A stretch of 32,000 nt of DNA from assembly GCF_900232105.1 (NCBI RefSeq), contig NZ_LT934425.1:1740001-1772000 (forward strand). The letters run 5' to 3'. Source of the DNA: Candidatus Kuenenia stuttgartensis (GTDB taxonomy: Bacteria > Planctomycetota > Brocadiia > Brocadiales > Brocadiaceae). Below, in pieces: positions 24,361 to 32,000 of this stretch; within the stretch, counting starts at the first letter, position 1; every line of letters starts with the position of its first letter. The notes under the pieces were generated by a model. That model did no database searches. It saw only the letters and a program-made list of their open reading frames with translations, and was not told where the DNA came from. The position numbers were made by a program, and so were the translations under genes.

Positions 24361-25434
24361 TCAGTATCTCCTCTTCGCCAACACCTCGTACCTTGCAATA
24401 TCTACCGGCGAATAACCGGTAATAATTTCGTTAAACTTTCTGATAGCTTCATTCTTAAAAGATCTTATTGAAAAATCCTGCATGAACAAAACCAAATCCT
24501 TTTTGTCGTATACCTTTATTTCAAAATTAGCAATACTTTGATCTTTTCCGGACAAATTTTTTATCTCCCCCTCGATTTGTGCGGAAGATCCAAAAGGAAG
24601 CAGTTTTACATTCCTCACATAAAACCCCTCTCCTGCCTCATTAAAACCTTCTTCTTCGGGAGACGGCTCGCGCGCAACCGGTTCTTCCTTTGCGGCCACA
24701 ACCGTTTCCGTACCTACGGCTTCAGCCACCGGCGTCACCTTGACTTCCGGAGATGCCACCACGACCGCCGCCGTAGCAGTACCAGAAGAAACAACTCCCC
24801 GTCTCTCCAAATTTTTCACCCTTCGGTCAAACTCTTCAAAAATTTTTATTTGTTGATCCAGCGCCTCTGTACGTGTTTTTATATTTACCTCTGCGGCGGC
24901 AAGGATTTTTTCCTGCTCTGCAAATTTATCGGTAACCAGTTTATTTATGTCTTCAAGCGCCTTTTTAAAAGGGGCTAATGGTGTTTCGGCTTCTTGATAT
25001 TTTTTTTCAAGAACAGTTGTTTTCACCTCCTGGTCTTCAACTCTTTTCTTTAAATCAGAAAACAGTTTTTTAAAGACATCAAATGTTTTGCCAAAAGAAT
25101 CAAGTGTATTTTTCACATCTTCAATAGAGGTCACTTGTTCCACCTTTTCCAGTCTTGAAACAATTTTATTCATTTTTCCTTCAAGATCTTTTATGATTTT
25201 GCTGGATTCTTTCAGGGGAGCGATGGTCTCCTTTACGTCTTTATTCAGTTCAGAGAACTGTGCGCTAAGGTTATCAATATTGCGCATCCAGTCCCTCAGT
25301 GATTTTTGAAAATCCGTCAGCTTATCAAAAACTTCCTGTCCGCTTGTTTGTCCTATAGCACTTTTTTGCACAAATAAAACCACAGGTAAATATATAAATA
25401 CCAGCAAAACAGCAATATAAACCCAGTGCTTCAT
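24361..25434 (-). CDS. Membrane-anchored coiled-coil protein with a C-terminal beta-rich domain
   Basis: 357 aa with an N-terminal TM (HWVYIAVLLVFIYLPVVLF), about 200 aa of heptad-like K/E/L sequence, an A/V/P/E linker and a C-terminal globular segment. GGAG lies 8 nt upstream. Confidence 0.65.
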   Translation of the reverse strand: MKHWVYIAVLLVFIYLPVVLFVQKSAIGQTSGQEVFDKLTDFQKSLRDWMRNIDNLSAQFSELNKDVKETIAPLKESSKIIKDLEGKMNKIVSRLEKVEQVTSIEDVKNTLDSFGKTFDVFKKLFSDLKKRVEDQEVKTTVLEKKYQEAETPLAPFKKALEDINKLVTDKFAEQEKILAAAEVNIKTRTEALDQQIKIFEEFDRRVKNLERRGVVSSGTATAAVVVASPEVKVTPVAEAVGTETVVAAKEEPVAREPSPEEEGFNEAGEGFYVRNVKLLPFGSSAQIEGEIKNLSGKDQSIANFEIKVYDKKDLVLFMQDFSIRSFKNEAIRKFNEIITGYSPVDIARYEVLAKRRY

Positions 25435-25723
25435 GAATCGTACTCCAACTTGAATTGATTTCTGAATAAAAACACCGTGTAGAGTTTAACAAAAACCCCG
25501 TCTTACCGCAAATATTATCCCCTTTACTACTAAATGGTGCGAATGCGGGTCTTATTTTTAAACTATTGCATTTTTCTATGCATGAAAGTTTAAATTTGAT
25601 TTCATAGGATTAAAAGGTTATCATATTCCCGTTATTATTGCATTTGCCCTGATAAAACACAACGTAACGTCTTATATTTACATATTCGCAAAAACATTGT
25701 TATTTTTTTGGAAAGGCAGTGTC

Positions 25724-27304
25724 ATGTTAGTCTTAATCGCAGACGATCTTCCTGACGTATGTAACGAAATACTACAAAATGCCGGGGTTGAAGTTTTAAA
25801 GAAAACCGGTTTAAAACCGCCTGAATTAGATGCTGTTATAAAAATGTGCGATGGCGTTATCGTGAGAAGCAATACAAAACTCACCGCTCCTGTGCTCGAA
25901 AAAAGTGAAAAGCTGAAAGCCATTTGCCGTGCGGGCGTGGGCGTCGACAATATAGATGTTCCTGCCGCTACAAAAAAAGGCATTGTCGTCATGAATACCC
26001 CCGCAGGCAATATCATTTCAACGGCAGAACATACCATTGCCTTGCTTTGTTCTCTCTCGCGTTTCGTTCCCCAGGCATGTGCGTCGGTGAAGGAAGGGAA
26101 GTGGGAGAAAAAGAAATTTACAGGTCAGCAGCTCACCGGAAAAACATTTGGCATCATAGGACTAGGCAGGGTGGGCAGACAAGTGGCAAAACGGGCGGCT
26201 GCCTTAGAGATGAAAGTAATTGGCTATGATCCTTTTATAACCACTGAAATTTCATCACAGTATAACATACATATTGTAAAAAACCTTAGAGATCTTTTGG
26301 CACAGGCAGACTATATCACGATTCACGTTACGCTTAACAAAGAAACGAAGAACCTTATAACAAGCAAAGAATTTTCACTCATGAAGAAAGGCGTCCAAAT
26401 AATAAATTGCGCAAGAGGCGGCGTTATTTGCGAAGAAGATCTTTATAACGCCATTAAAACAGGACAGGTTGCCGGCGCGGCCCTGGACGTATTTGAAGAA
26501 GAACCTCCAAAGGATAATAAGTTACTACAACTGGAAGAGGTCATTGCGACGCCACATTTAGGAGCATCCACCGAAGAAGCGCAATATGCGGTTGCGATTG
26601 AGGCAGCGGAACAGATGGCCGCAGCCCTTACCGGAAAAGGATATAAAAACGCCGTGAACCTTTCTCCCTATAGTCCGGAAGAGTATGCCAGCCTGAAGTC
26701 CTATCTTGCCCTTGCAGAAAAAATGGGATCTTTTTTAACACAAATAAATAATGCGGGCATTCAGACATTAGATATTGTTTATACGGGAGAGATTTCTCAT
26801 AAAAATATTCGAATCGTTACCGATAGCCTTATAGTAGGGTTGCTCAAGCCGAGCCTTGAAGAAGGCGTAAATCTTGTAAGCGCTCCGACCTTGCTCGCAG
26901 AACGTGGCATCAAGGTAAATGTCACGACCAGCAGCAATGCCTGTGATTTTAGCAGTCTTGTTGCCGCAAAAATTACTACTTCAAACGGAGAAACCTGTAT
27001 TTCCGGAACCGTATTTGGCAAAAACGAACCAAGGCTGGTAGACATTAATGGTTATGGAGTTGAGGCCATTCTCAATGAACAGATACTCGTTCTGTTTGGC
27101 AGGGATAAGCCGGGTTTCATTGGACAGGTCGGCTCTCTTCTTGGCAACAAAAACATAAACATCGCACATATGACCTTCGGCAGGAAAGAAGTAGGGGGAA
27201 ACACCATCAGTATTCTAAATATAGATGCGGTGCCGCCGCAAGATTGTCTAAATGAAATTAAACAACTAAACCACATTGATGCGGCATTTTTGGTACAACT
27301 CTAA
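25724..27304 (+). CDS. serA: D-3-phosphoglycerate dehydrogenase (long form with ACT domain)
   Basis: It has the NAD-binding motif GIIGLGRVGRQVAKRA, the catalytic region ATPHLGASTEEAQ and a C-terminal ACT-like segment. Start chosen at ATG 25724 (MLVLIADDL), after GAAAGG. Confidence 0.92.
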   Translation: MLVLIADDLPDVCNEILQNAGVEVLKKTGLKPPELDAVIKMCDGVIVRSNTKLTAPVLEKSEKLKAICRAGVGVDNIDVPAATKKGIVVMNTPAGNIISTAEHTIALLCSLSRFVPQACASVKEGKWEKKKFTGQQLTGKTFGIIGLGRVGRQVAKRAAALEMKVIGYDPFITTEISSQYNIHIVKNLRDLLAQADYITIHVTLNKETKNLITSKEFSLMKKGVQIINCARGGVICEEDLYNAIKTGQVAGAALDVFEEEPPKDNKLLQLEEVIATPHLGASTEEAQYAVAIEAAEQMAAALTGKGYKNAVNLSPYSPEEYASLKSYLALAEKMGSFLTQINNAGIQTLDIVYTGEISHKNIRIVTDSLIVGLLKPSLEEGVNLVSAPTLLAERGIKVNVTTSSNACDFSSLVAAKITTSNGETCISGTVFGKNEPRLVDINGYGVEAILNEQILVLFGRDKPGFIGQVGSLLGNKNINIAHMTFGRKEVGGNTISILNIDAVPPQDCLNEIKQLNHIDAAFLVQL

Positions 27305-27331
27305 AAAAGTTTTAGAAAAATGAATAATAAG

Positions 27332-27366
27332 GGTGACACGGACAAAGCCTGCTTGTACGTGTCACC
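27332..27366. terminator. Hairpin between the convergent serA and the permease gene
   Basis: ggtgacacg / cgtgtcacc form a perfect 9-bp stem with a 17-nt loop. The T-rich flank appears only when read on the minus strand. Confidence 0.35.
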
Positions 27367-27438
27367 AACTCTACGAGGGAGAAAAATTTCGGCAGCGGCA
27401 CATTTCTTTCTTGTTAAAGATGCATCATTTCATGCAGA

Positions 27439-28242
27439 TCAGCAACATTCTTTTCTTTCAAACATTTCAAATGCTATGTGAATAATAAGCGTTGTATACG
27501 CAATGGCATAAACGACCATAAGCAAAATATAACGAACGTCAATCCCTTCCGAAGGATAACCCATGCTTATAGCACTCACCCCTTCCAGATTCGGGAAAAT
27601 TGTGTACAAAAATGCAAACAGCCACAAGAAATGGCGCTCATTCGCATTGAAAAGGTTTTGAACAAGACCTAGCAGGTTTCCAACAATATAGACAAACACA
27701 CAACAACTCAAATTAGCCGACACTGACAAATAAACAGACCCCGCGATTGCTATTGCACACATTATTTCTATCTGTAAAAATGTATAGAAAAGCGGGAGAA
27801 AGGTAGTGCTCACGAAGTGTATAATGGAGGGGAAAAGTGCCACGCCAAGATCTATCAGATTTTTCAAAGACAGGGAAGCAACTAAAAAAGCCCCTAATAT
27901 TAAATATTCCACGGTCGCCACTATCAATATACCAAAAAACTTTCCGAGGACAACATCACGACTACGCACTGGTTTTGCCAACAGCGTCAAAATAGTGCCA
28001 CTTTCTCTCTCTTTTGATAGAGCATTTGCCGCAGACATGGAAACCAATACGAGACAACACACCGTAATGGTAGAAATGCCCATGTCTTTCATCAGCCGGA
28101 TCTCTTCACCAAAGGCAAACAGAGTAAAAAAAAGGGACAAAAACGTTAAAAACATGCCAACGCCGGTAATTACATAAAATAAGGGCTGCCGAAAAACATC
28201 CCTTGATGTATTAATTGCGAGACAAAACAGAGCGCCATTCAT
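27439..28242 (-). CDS. ABC-2-type polytopic membrane permease
   Basis: 267 aa with about 6 hydrophobic helices and the general layout of ABC-2/NosY-like permeases. No ATPase gene is adjacent. Confidence 0.6.
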   Translation of the reverse strand: MNGALFCLAINTSRDVFRQPLFYVITGVGMFLTFLSLFFTLFAFGEEIRLMKDMGISTITVCCLVLVSMSAANALSKERESGTILTLLAKPVRSRDVVLGKFFGILIVATVEYLILGAFLVASLSLKNLIDLGVALFPSIIHFVSTTFLPLFYTFLQIEIMCAIAIAGSVYLSVSANLSCCVFVYIVGNLLGLVQNLFNANERHFLWLFAFLYTIFPNLEGVSAISMGYPSEGIDVRYILLMVVYAIAYTTLIIHIAFEMFERKECC

Positions 28243-28289
28243 AAAAAACCCTTGAATTTAACCAGAAAACCCATAGACTCTATTAAAAA

Positions 28290-28305
28290 TGTTTCACGTG
28301 AAACA
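28290..28305. promoter_or_regulatory. Consensus parS site (perfect palindrome)
   Basis: tgtttcacgtgaaaca, extended as aatgtttcacgtgaaacatt (28288-28307), lies 85 nt upstream of the parB ATG. Confidence 0.85.
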
Positions 28306-28389
28306 TTTCAGGACGGACAATCGGCCGGATCCCAACACCTACAGAAAAATATTTCAATGGAAAAACATTCAAAAAAAAGGACGAAACCC

Positions 28390-29256
28390 ATGGCCAAAAA
28401 CGAAGGACTTAGCAAAGGGCTGCAATCTCTCCTGGGAGGCGTCATTGGTATAGAATCCCAACAGGAAGAGGGCGTAATCATACAATTGAATCCCAACGAC
28501 ATAAAACCGAATAGCATGCAACCCCGCAACCTTTTTAAGGAAGCAGAAATGCATGATCTTATGGCATCTATCAAAAAACACGGTATTTTGCAGCCTATCA
28601 TCGTGACACCCACTGCCCACGGCTATATGCTTATTGCAGGGGAACGGCGTTGGAGGGCGGCAAAGGAACTCGGCATGAAAAAAGTACCCGCAATTGTACG
28701 CAAGACTGATGATGAAAGCCTCCTCGAAATCGCTTTAATAGAAAACATCCAAAGAGAAGACCTTAATCCGATCGAAAAGGCCCTTGGGTTCCGTGAGTTG
28801 GTAAAAAAATTCGGATTCACGCAGGAACAAGTCGCCCATGCAATGGGAAAAGACCGCAGTTCAGTAGCAAATTATCTCCGGCTTCTCGAACTTCCCGATG
28901 AAATCCAGGGACATGTTTCACGTGGAACAATCTCCATGGGGCATGCCCGGGCGTTGCTTTCTCTTCATGAAAAAGAAATGCAGATAAAATACTGCACCAT
29001 CATCATTAAGGAAGGTCTCTCCGTAAGGGATGTTGAATCCATGGTTGCCGGAGAAAAAAATCTTCGCAAGCCAGAGAAACGACCCGAGAGAAAATTACCC
29101 ACGCCGCATATTGCCGACATTGAGGATCGCTTTCGAAAGCATTTTGGGGCAAAAGTAAAGATACGCGAACGACATGGTAGGGGGCAAATAACTATTGCCT
29201 TTAACAACAATGAAGAGTTCGAGCGGATTGCCAATAAAAGCGGGATTAGTCTTTAA
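28390..29256 (+). CDS. parB: Chromosome partitioning protein ParB
   Basis: It has GLSKGLQSLLG, IKPNSMQPRNLF, LMASIKKHGILQPIIV and LIAGERRWRAAKELG. Start chosen at ATG 28390, after AAGGA. The longer ORF-track start would translate across the parS site. Confidence 0.92.
   Translation: MAKNEGLSKGLQSLLGGVIGIESQQEEGVIIQLNPNDIKPNSMQPRNLFKEAEMHDLMASIKKHGILQPIIVTPTAHGYMLIAGERRWRAAKELGMKKVPAIVRKTDDESLLEIALIENIQREDLNPIEKALGFRELVKKFGFTQEQVAHAMGKDRSSVANYLRLLELPDEIQGHVSRGTISMGHARALLSLHEKEMQIKYCTIIIKEGLSVRDVESMVAGEKNLRKPEKRPERKLPTPHIADIEDRFRKHFGAKVKIRERHGRGQITIAFNNNEEFERIANKSGISL
28914..28929. promoter_or_regulatory. Intragenic parS site within parB
   Basis: tgtttcacgtggaaca differs by one base from the perfect palindrome and equals the reverse complement of the classical TGTTCCACGTGAAACA. 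It encodes HVSRGT. Confidence 0.8.
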
Positions 29257-29282
29257 AATAGATATTCACTTTCCCCGCAAAT

Positions 29283-30878
29283 TCATTTTTTTAACGTTGC
29301 CCGTATAAATTCTCTAAACAATGGGTGTGCTTTTGTTGGCTTTGATTTAAATTCCGGATGAAACTGCACACAGACAAACCACGGATGATTTATAATTTCC
29401 ATGATCTCGACCAGCCGGTCTTCCTGTGAATGTCCACTAAATCTCATTCCATTTGCTAAAAATCTCTCTTTATACGCATCATTGAATTCATATCGATGTC
29501 GATGCCTTTCGGAAACCATGGCCTTTTTATATGCTTCATACGCCTTTGTACCTTCTTCAACAAAACAGGCTTGAGCCCCTAATCGCATTGTTCCGCCTTT
29601 TTTTGTTATATTTTGCTGTTCTTCGAGTAGGCTTATTACGGGATGCGGGGTAGCAGGATCAAATTCGGTGCTGTTTGCGTCGGCAAGATTACAGACATTT
29701 CTTGCAAACTCTATAGAGGCGCACTGCATTCCGAGGCAAATGCCAAAAAAGGGGATGTTGTTTTCCCTCGCGTATTGAATTGCCATTACTTTTCCCTCAA
29801 CACCCCTCGCACCAAATCCACCGGGCGCCAATATTCCATTTACCCCTTTTAAGCATGCTTCTGCCCCGAACCTTTCTACATCCTCAGATTCAATTCTGCG
29901 TTCTTTTACTCGTGCATTGTTTTCTATTCCGCCGTGTATTAACGACTCATAAATAGATTCATACGCCGATTGATGCCCTATATATTTTCCAACAATAGCT
30001 ATTTCTGTCGTATACTTCGGATTTCTCAGTATCTCTAATATTGATAACCACTTATCTATATTCCCATTATTTGTTTTCAGTTGGAGTTTTTGTATGATCA
30101 ACTTGTCCAGCCCCTGTTCCATAAGTATAAGAGGTATTTCATACAAATATGGTTTTACATCCTTCTCCTCTATAATTGCGTTTTTATCAACATTACAAAA
30201 AAGCGATATCTTTTCTTTTATCTCTTCGCTCAAATGTTTCTCTGTCCTGCATATAATAATATCCGGCTGCACACCAGCCTGCCGTAACATACCAACACTG
30301 TGTTGTGTAGGTTTTGTCTTTATTTCGTCTGCCGCACTTAAATATGGCACAAGTGTTAAATGAATGTAGAGTACGTTTCCCCTGCCTATCGTTTGCCCGA
30401 ATTGTCTGATTGCTTCAAGAAACAACTGGCTTTCGATATCGCCCACAATGCCGCCAATCTCAGAAATTACCACATCAGTGTCCGGTCCATCCAGCTTTTT
30501 AATGCATTCTATAACCTCATTCGTAATATGAGGGATGACCTGCACCGTCTTTCCCAAATATTCGCCATTCCGCTCCTTCATAATAACGGAATAGTAAATA
30601 GACCCTGTAGTAAAGTTACAGTATTTGTTTGTTTCTGCATTGGTAAATCTTTCATAATGCCCGAGGTCCAGATCCGTTTCCGCGCCATCTTCAGTTACAT
30701 ATACTTCTCCATGTTCATACGGGCTCATCGTTCCCGGATCAACGTTGACATACGGATCAAATTTCTGCAATCGCACCTTTAATCCTCTGCTCTCCAGTAA
30801 CATCCCTATAGAAGCAGAATTTAAGCCCTTCCCGAGTGACGATACTACTCCGCCCGTAACAAAAATATGTTTAGTCAT
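29283..30878 (-). CDS. pyrG: CTP synthase
   Basis: 531 aa with an N-terminal [18 protein letters not shown] and the glutamine amidotransferase motif FFGICLGMQ. Confidence 0.96.
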   Translation of the reverse strand: MTKHIFVTGGVVSSLGKGLNSASIGMLLESRGLKVRLQKFDPYVNVDPGTMSPYEHGEVYVTEDGAETDLDLGHYERFTNAETNKYCNFTTGSIYYSVIMKERNGEYLGKTVQVIPHITNEVIECIKKLDGPDTDVVISEIGGIVGDIESQLFLEAIRQFGQTIGRGNVLYIHLTLVPYLSAADEIKTKPTQHSVGMLRQAGVQPDIIICRTEKHLSEEIKEKISLFCNVDKNAIIEEKDVKPYLYEIPLILMEQGLDKLIIQKLQLKTNNGNIDKWLSILEILRNPKYTTEIAIVGKYIGHQSAYESIYESLIHGGIENNARVKERRIESEDVERFGAEACLKGVNGILAPGGFGARGVEGKVMAIQYARENNIPFFGICLGMQCASIEFARNVCNLADANSTEFDPATPHPVISLLEEQQNITKKGGTMRLGAQACFVEEGTKAYEAYKKAMVSERHRHRYEFNDAYKERFLANGMRFSGHSQEDRLVEIMEIINHPWFVCVQFHPEFKSKPTKAHPLFREFIRATLKK

Positions 30879-31629
30879 TTTTATGTCTTTCTATAAATTC
30901 CATCAAATCATTTTTAGTATTTATACCACACGATACATACTCAGTAATTGCCACTTTTATTTTATATCCATTTGAAAGCGCCCTAAGTTGTTCAAGTTTT
31001 TCCGCCATCTCTAATTTCGATGGCAATAAATTACGGTACTTCAGCAAAAAGTCCCTGCGATATCCATATATTCCAAGGTGTCTTAAAAATTCTCTGCCAT
31101 TTCCTTGTTCATCATTATCCCGCACATATGGTATTTGAGAACGGGAAAAGTAGAGTGCATATCCGTTATTATCCAATACCACCTTTACACAGTTTGGATC
31201 TCTTAATGCCTCCGCATTTTCTATTCTGTTTGCAAGGGTTGACATTACCGCGTTATCATCTTTCTCCAGCACATCAATAACTAAATCGACCATTGCACCG
31301 TTCATTTCCGGCTCATCTCCCTGCACGTTTACGATAAAATCCGCATCTATCCTTTCAGCAATTTCAGAGATCCTATCTGTGCCGGAATGATACTCCCCTG
31401 AAGTCATTTCTGCCACACCCCCAAAACCCTTTACGATATCAAAAATCTGCCTGCTGTCCGTTGCAACAATTACCTTTTCAATACCCCTGGCGGATTTCAC
31501 ATTTTGATACACATGCTCTATTATATACCTCCCCGTAATATCTTTTACTTCCTGTAAAATCAATTTCCCCTGTAATCGTGAAGAATCATATCTTGCAGGA
31601 ATTATTACCACCGATTTATGCTTATTCAT
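30871..31629 (-). CDS. kdsB: 3-deoxy-manno-octulosonate cytidylyltransferase (CMP-Kdo synthetase)
   Basis: 252 aa with [16 protein letters not shown] and NVQGDEP. It overlaps pyrG by 8 nt (ATGACTAA). Confidence 0.9.
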   Translation of the reverse strand: MNKHKSVVIIPARYDSSRLQGKLILQEVKDITGRYIIEHVYQNVKSARGIEKVIVATDSRQIFDIVKGFGGVAEMTSGEYHSGTDRISEIAERIDADFIVNVQGDEPEMNGAMVDLVIDVLEKDDNAVMSTLANRIENAEALRDPNCVKVVLDNNGYALYFSRSQIPYVRDNDEQGNGREFLRHLGIYGYRRDFLLKYRNLLPSKLEMAEKLEQLRALSNGYKIKVAITEYVSCGINTKNDLMEFIERHKND

Positions 31630-31772
31630 ATAGTATCCAAATGTGTATTTTTACTCTATGCACGATAAGAGCTTAATTCTATTAAAGTGTATGGCATATT
31701 CAAATGTTTTTTAAAAGATTCTTTTGCAGAAAAACTCCCAGTAGTACCTTATCGGTATCAGATCGGCGACGG

Positions 31773-31814
31773 CAAATTGCAAATTGCAGATTGAGGACTG
31801 AGGACTGAGGACTA
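31773..31814. repeat. Two abutting 3x7-nt tandem repeats
   Basis: caaattg caaattg cagattg (31773-31793) is followed immediately by aggactg aggactg aggacta (31794-31814), about 145-185 nt upstream of the kdsB start. Confidence 0.85.
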
Positions 31815-32000
31815 TTTTCATGCTTGCTGAACACTGGCTTTGCCAGCGTAGGGTAAAAAATGTTGCGACCTGGTACAGCTTCCACATTCAGGGCACCTGT
31901 CCAGCCTGCAATCCTGCGTTATTTCTTTTCGTGATGATCGTTCCGACTCCTGCAGGAGAAACGGCCTCACTACCCCACAATTTATGTGTTCCCACGGCAA

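Noticed and set aside
28252-28389. ORF-track N-terminal extension of ParB (TTG start)
   Set aside because: It has no RBS, would translate through the parS palindrome, and ParB homologues begin near the GLGKGL motif. ATG 28390 has an AAGGA RBS.
31815-32000. Group II intron end or structured RNA gene at the window edge
   Set aside because: I could find no GUGYG 5' end, no domain V-like 34-nt hairpin, and no tmRNA or RNase P signature by eye. It is left unassigned.

Overview
This 32-kb window comes from a diderm bacterium, judging by a TonB-dependent receptor, an AlgE-like beta-barrel porin and kdsB. G+C is moderate to low by eye. The taxon cannot be established from the sequence; the gene content loosely recalls Planctomycetota, which is only a guess. 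Most of the window is housekeeping: tyrS, a cmk-rpsA-sigma70-apt co-directional block, trpE, serA, parB with two consensus parS sites, and an overlapping kdsB-pyrG pair. No rRNA, tRNA, CRISPR array, transposase or integrase was recognised. Accessory or unusual content is as follows. (1) An islet between tyrS and the TonB receptor (about 1.4-6.3 kb) holds a DUF433/DUF5615-type toxin-antitoxin pair, a Zn-ribbon/TM/SH3-like membrane protein, a long coiled-coil protein ending in an Mrr-type restriction-endonuclease domain (split or overlapped at an A4 run), and two small secreted proteins. (2) A 326-aa protein has Trp at one fixed heptad position over 16 consecutive heptads, encoded by nested 21/42/84-bp tandem repeats. 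It is fused to a D...ExK nuclease-like core and ends 16 nt upstream of trpE. (3) A sigma-70 gene has its conserved region-1.2 motif upstream of any canonical in-frame start codon, in the same frame as rpsA and separated from it by a single TAA. (4) A TonB receptor is divergent from two periplasmic binding proteins with no permease or ATPase. (5) There are two tandem SPFH/Band-7 genes behind a near-consensus promoter. (6) About 1 kb of non-coding DNA contains a probable long porin 5' UTR with stacked GGAGG motifs. (7) Back-to-back heptanucleotide repeats lie upstream of kdsB. All family assignments come from reading motifs by eye and from memory; no searches were run.
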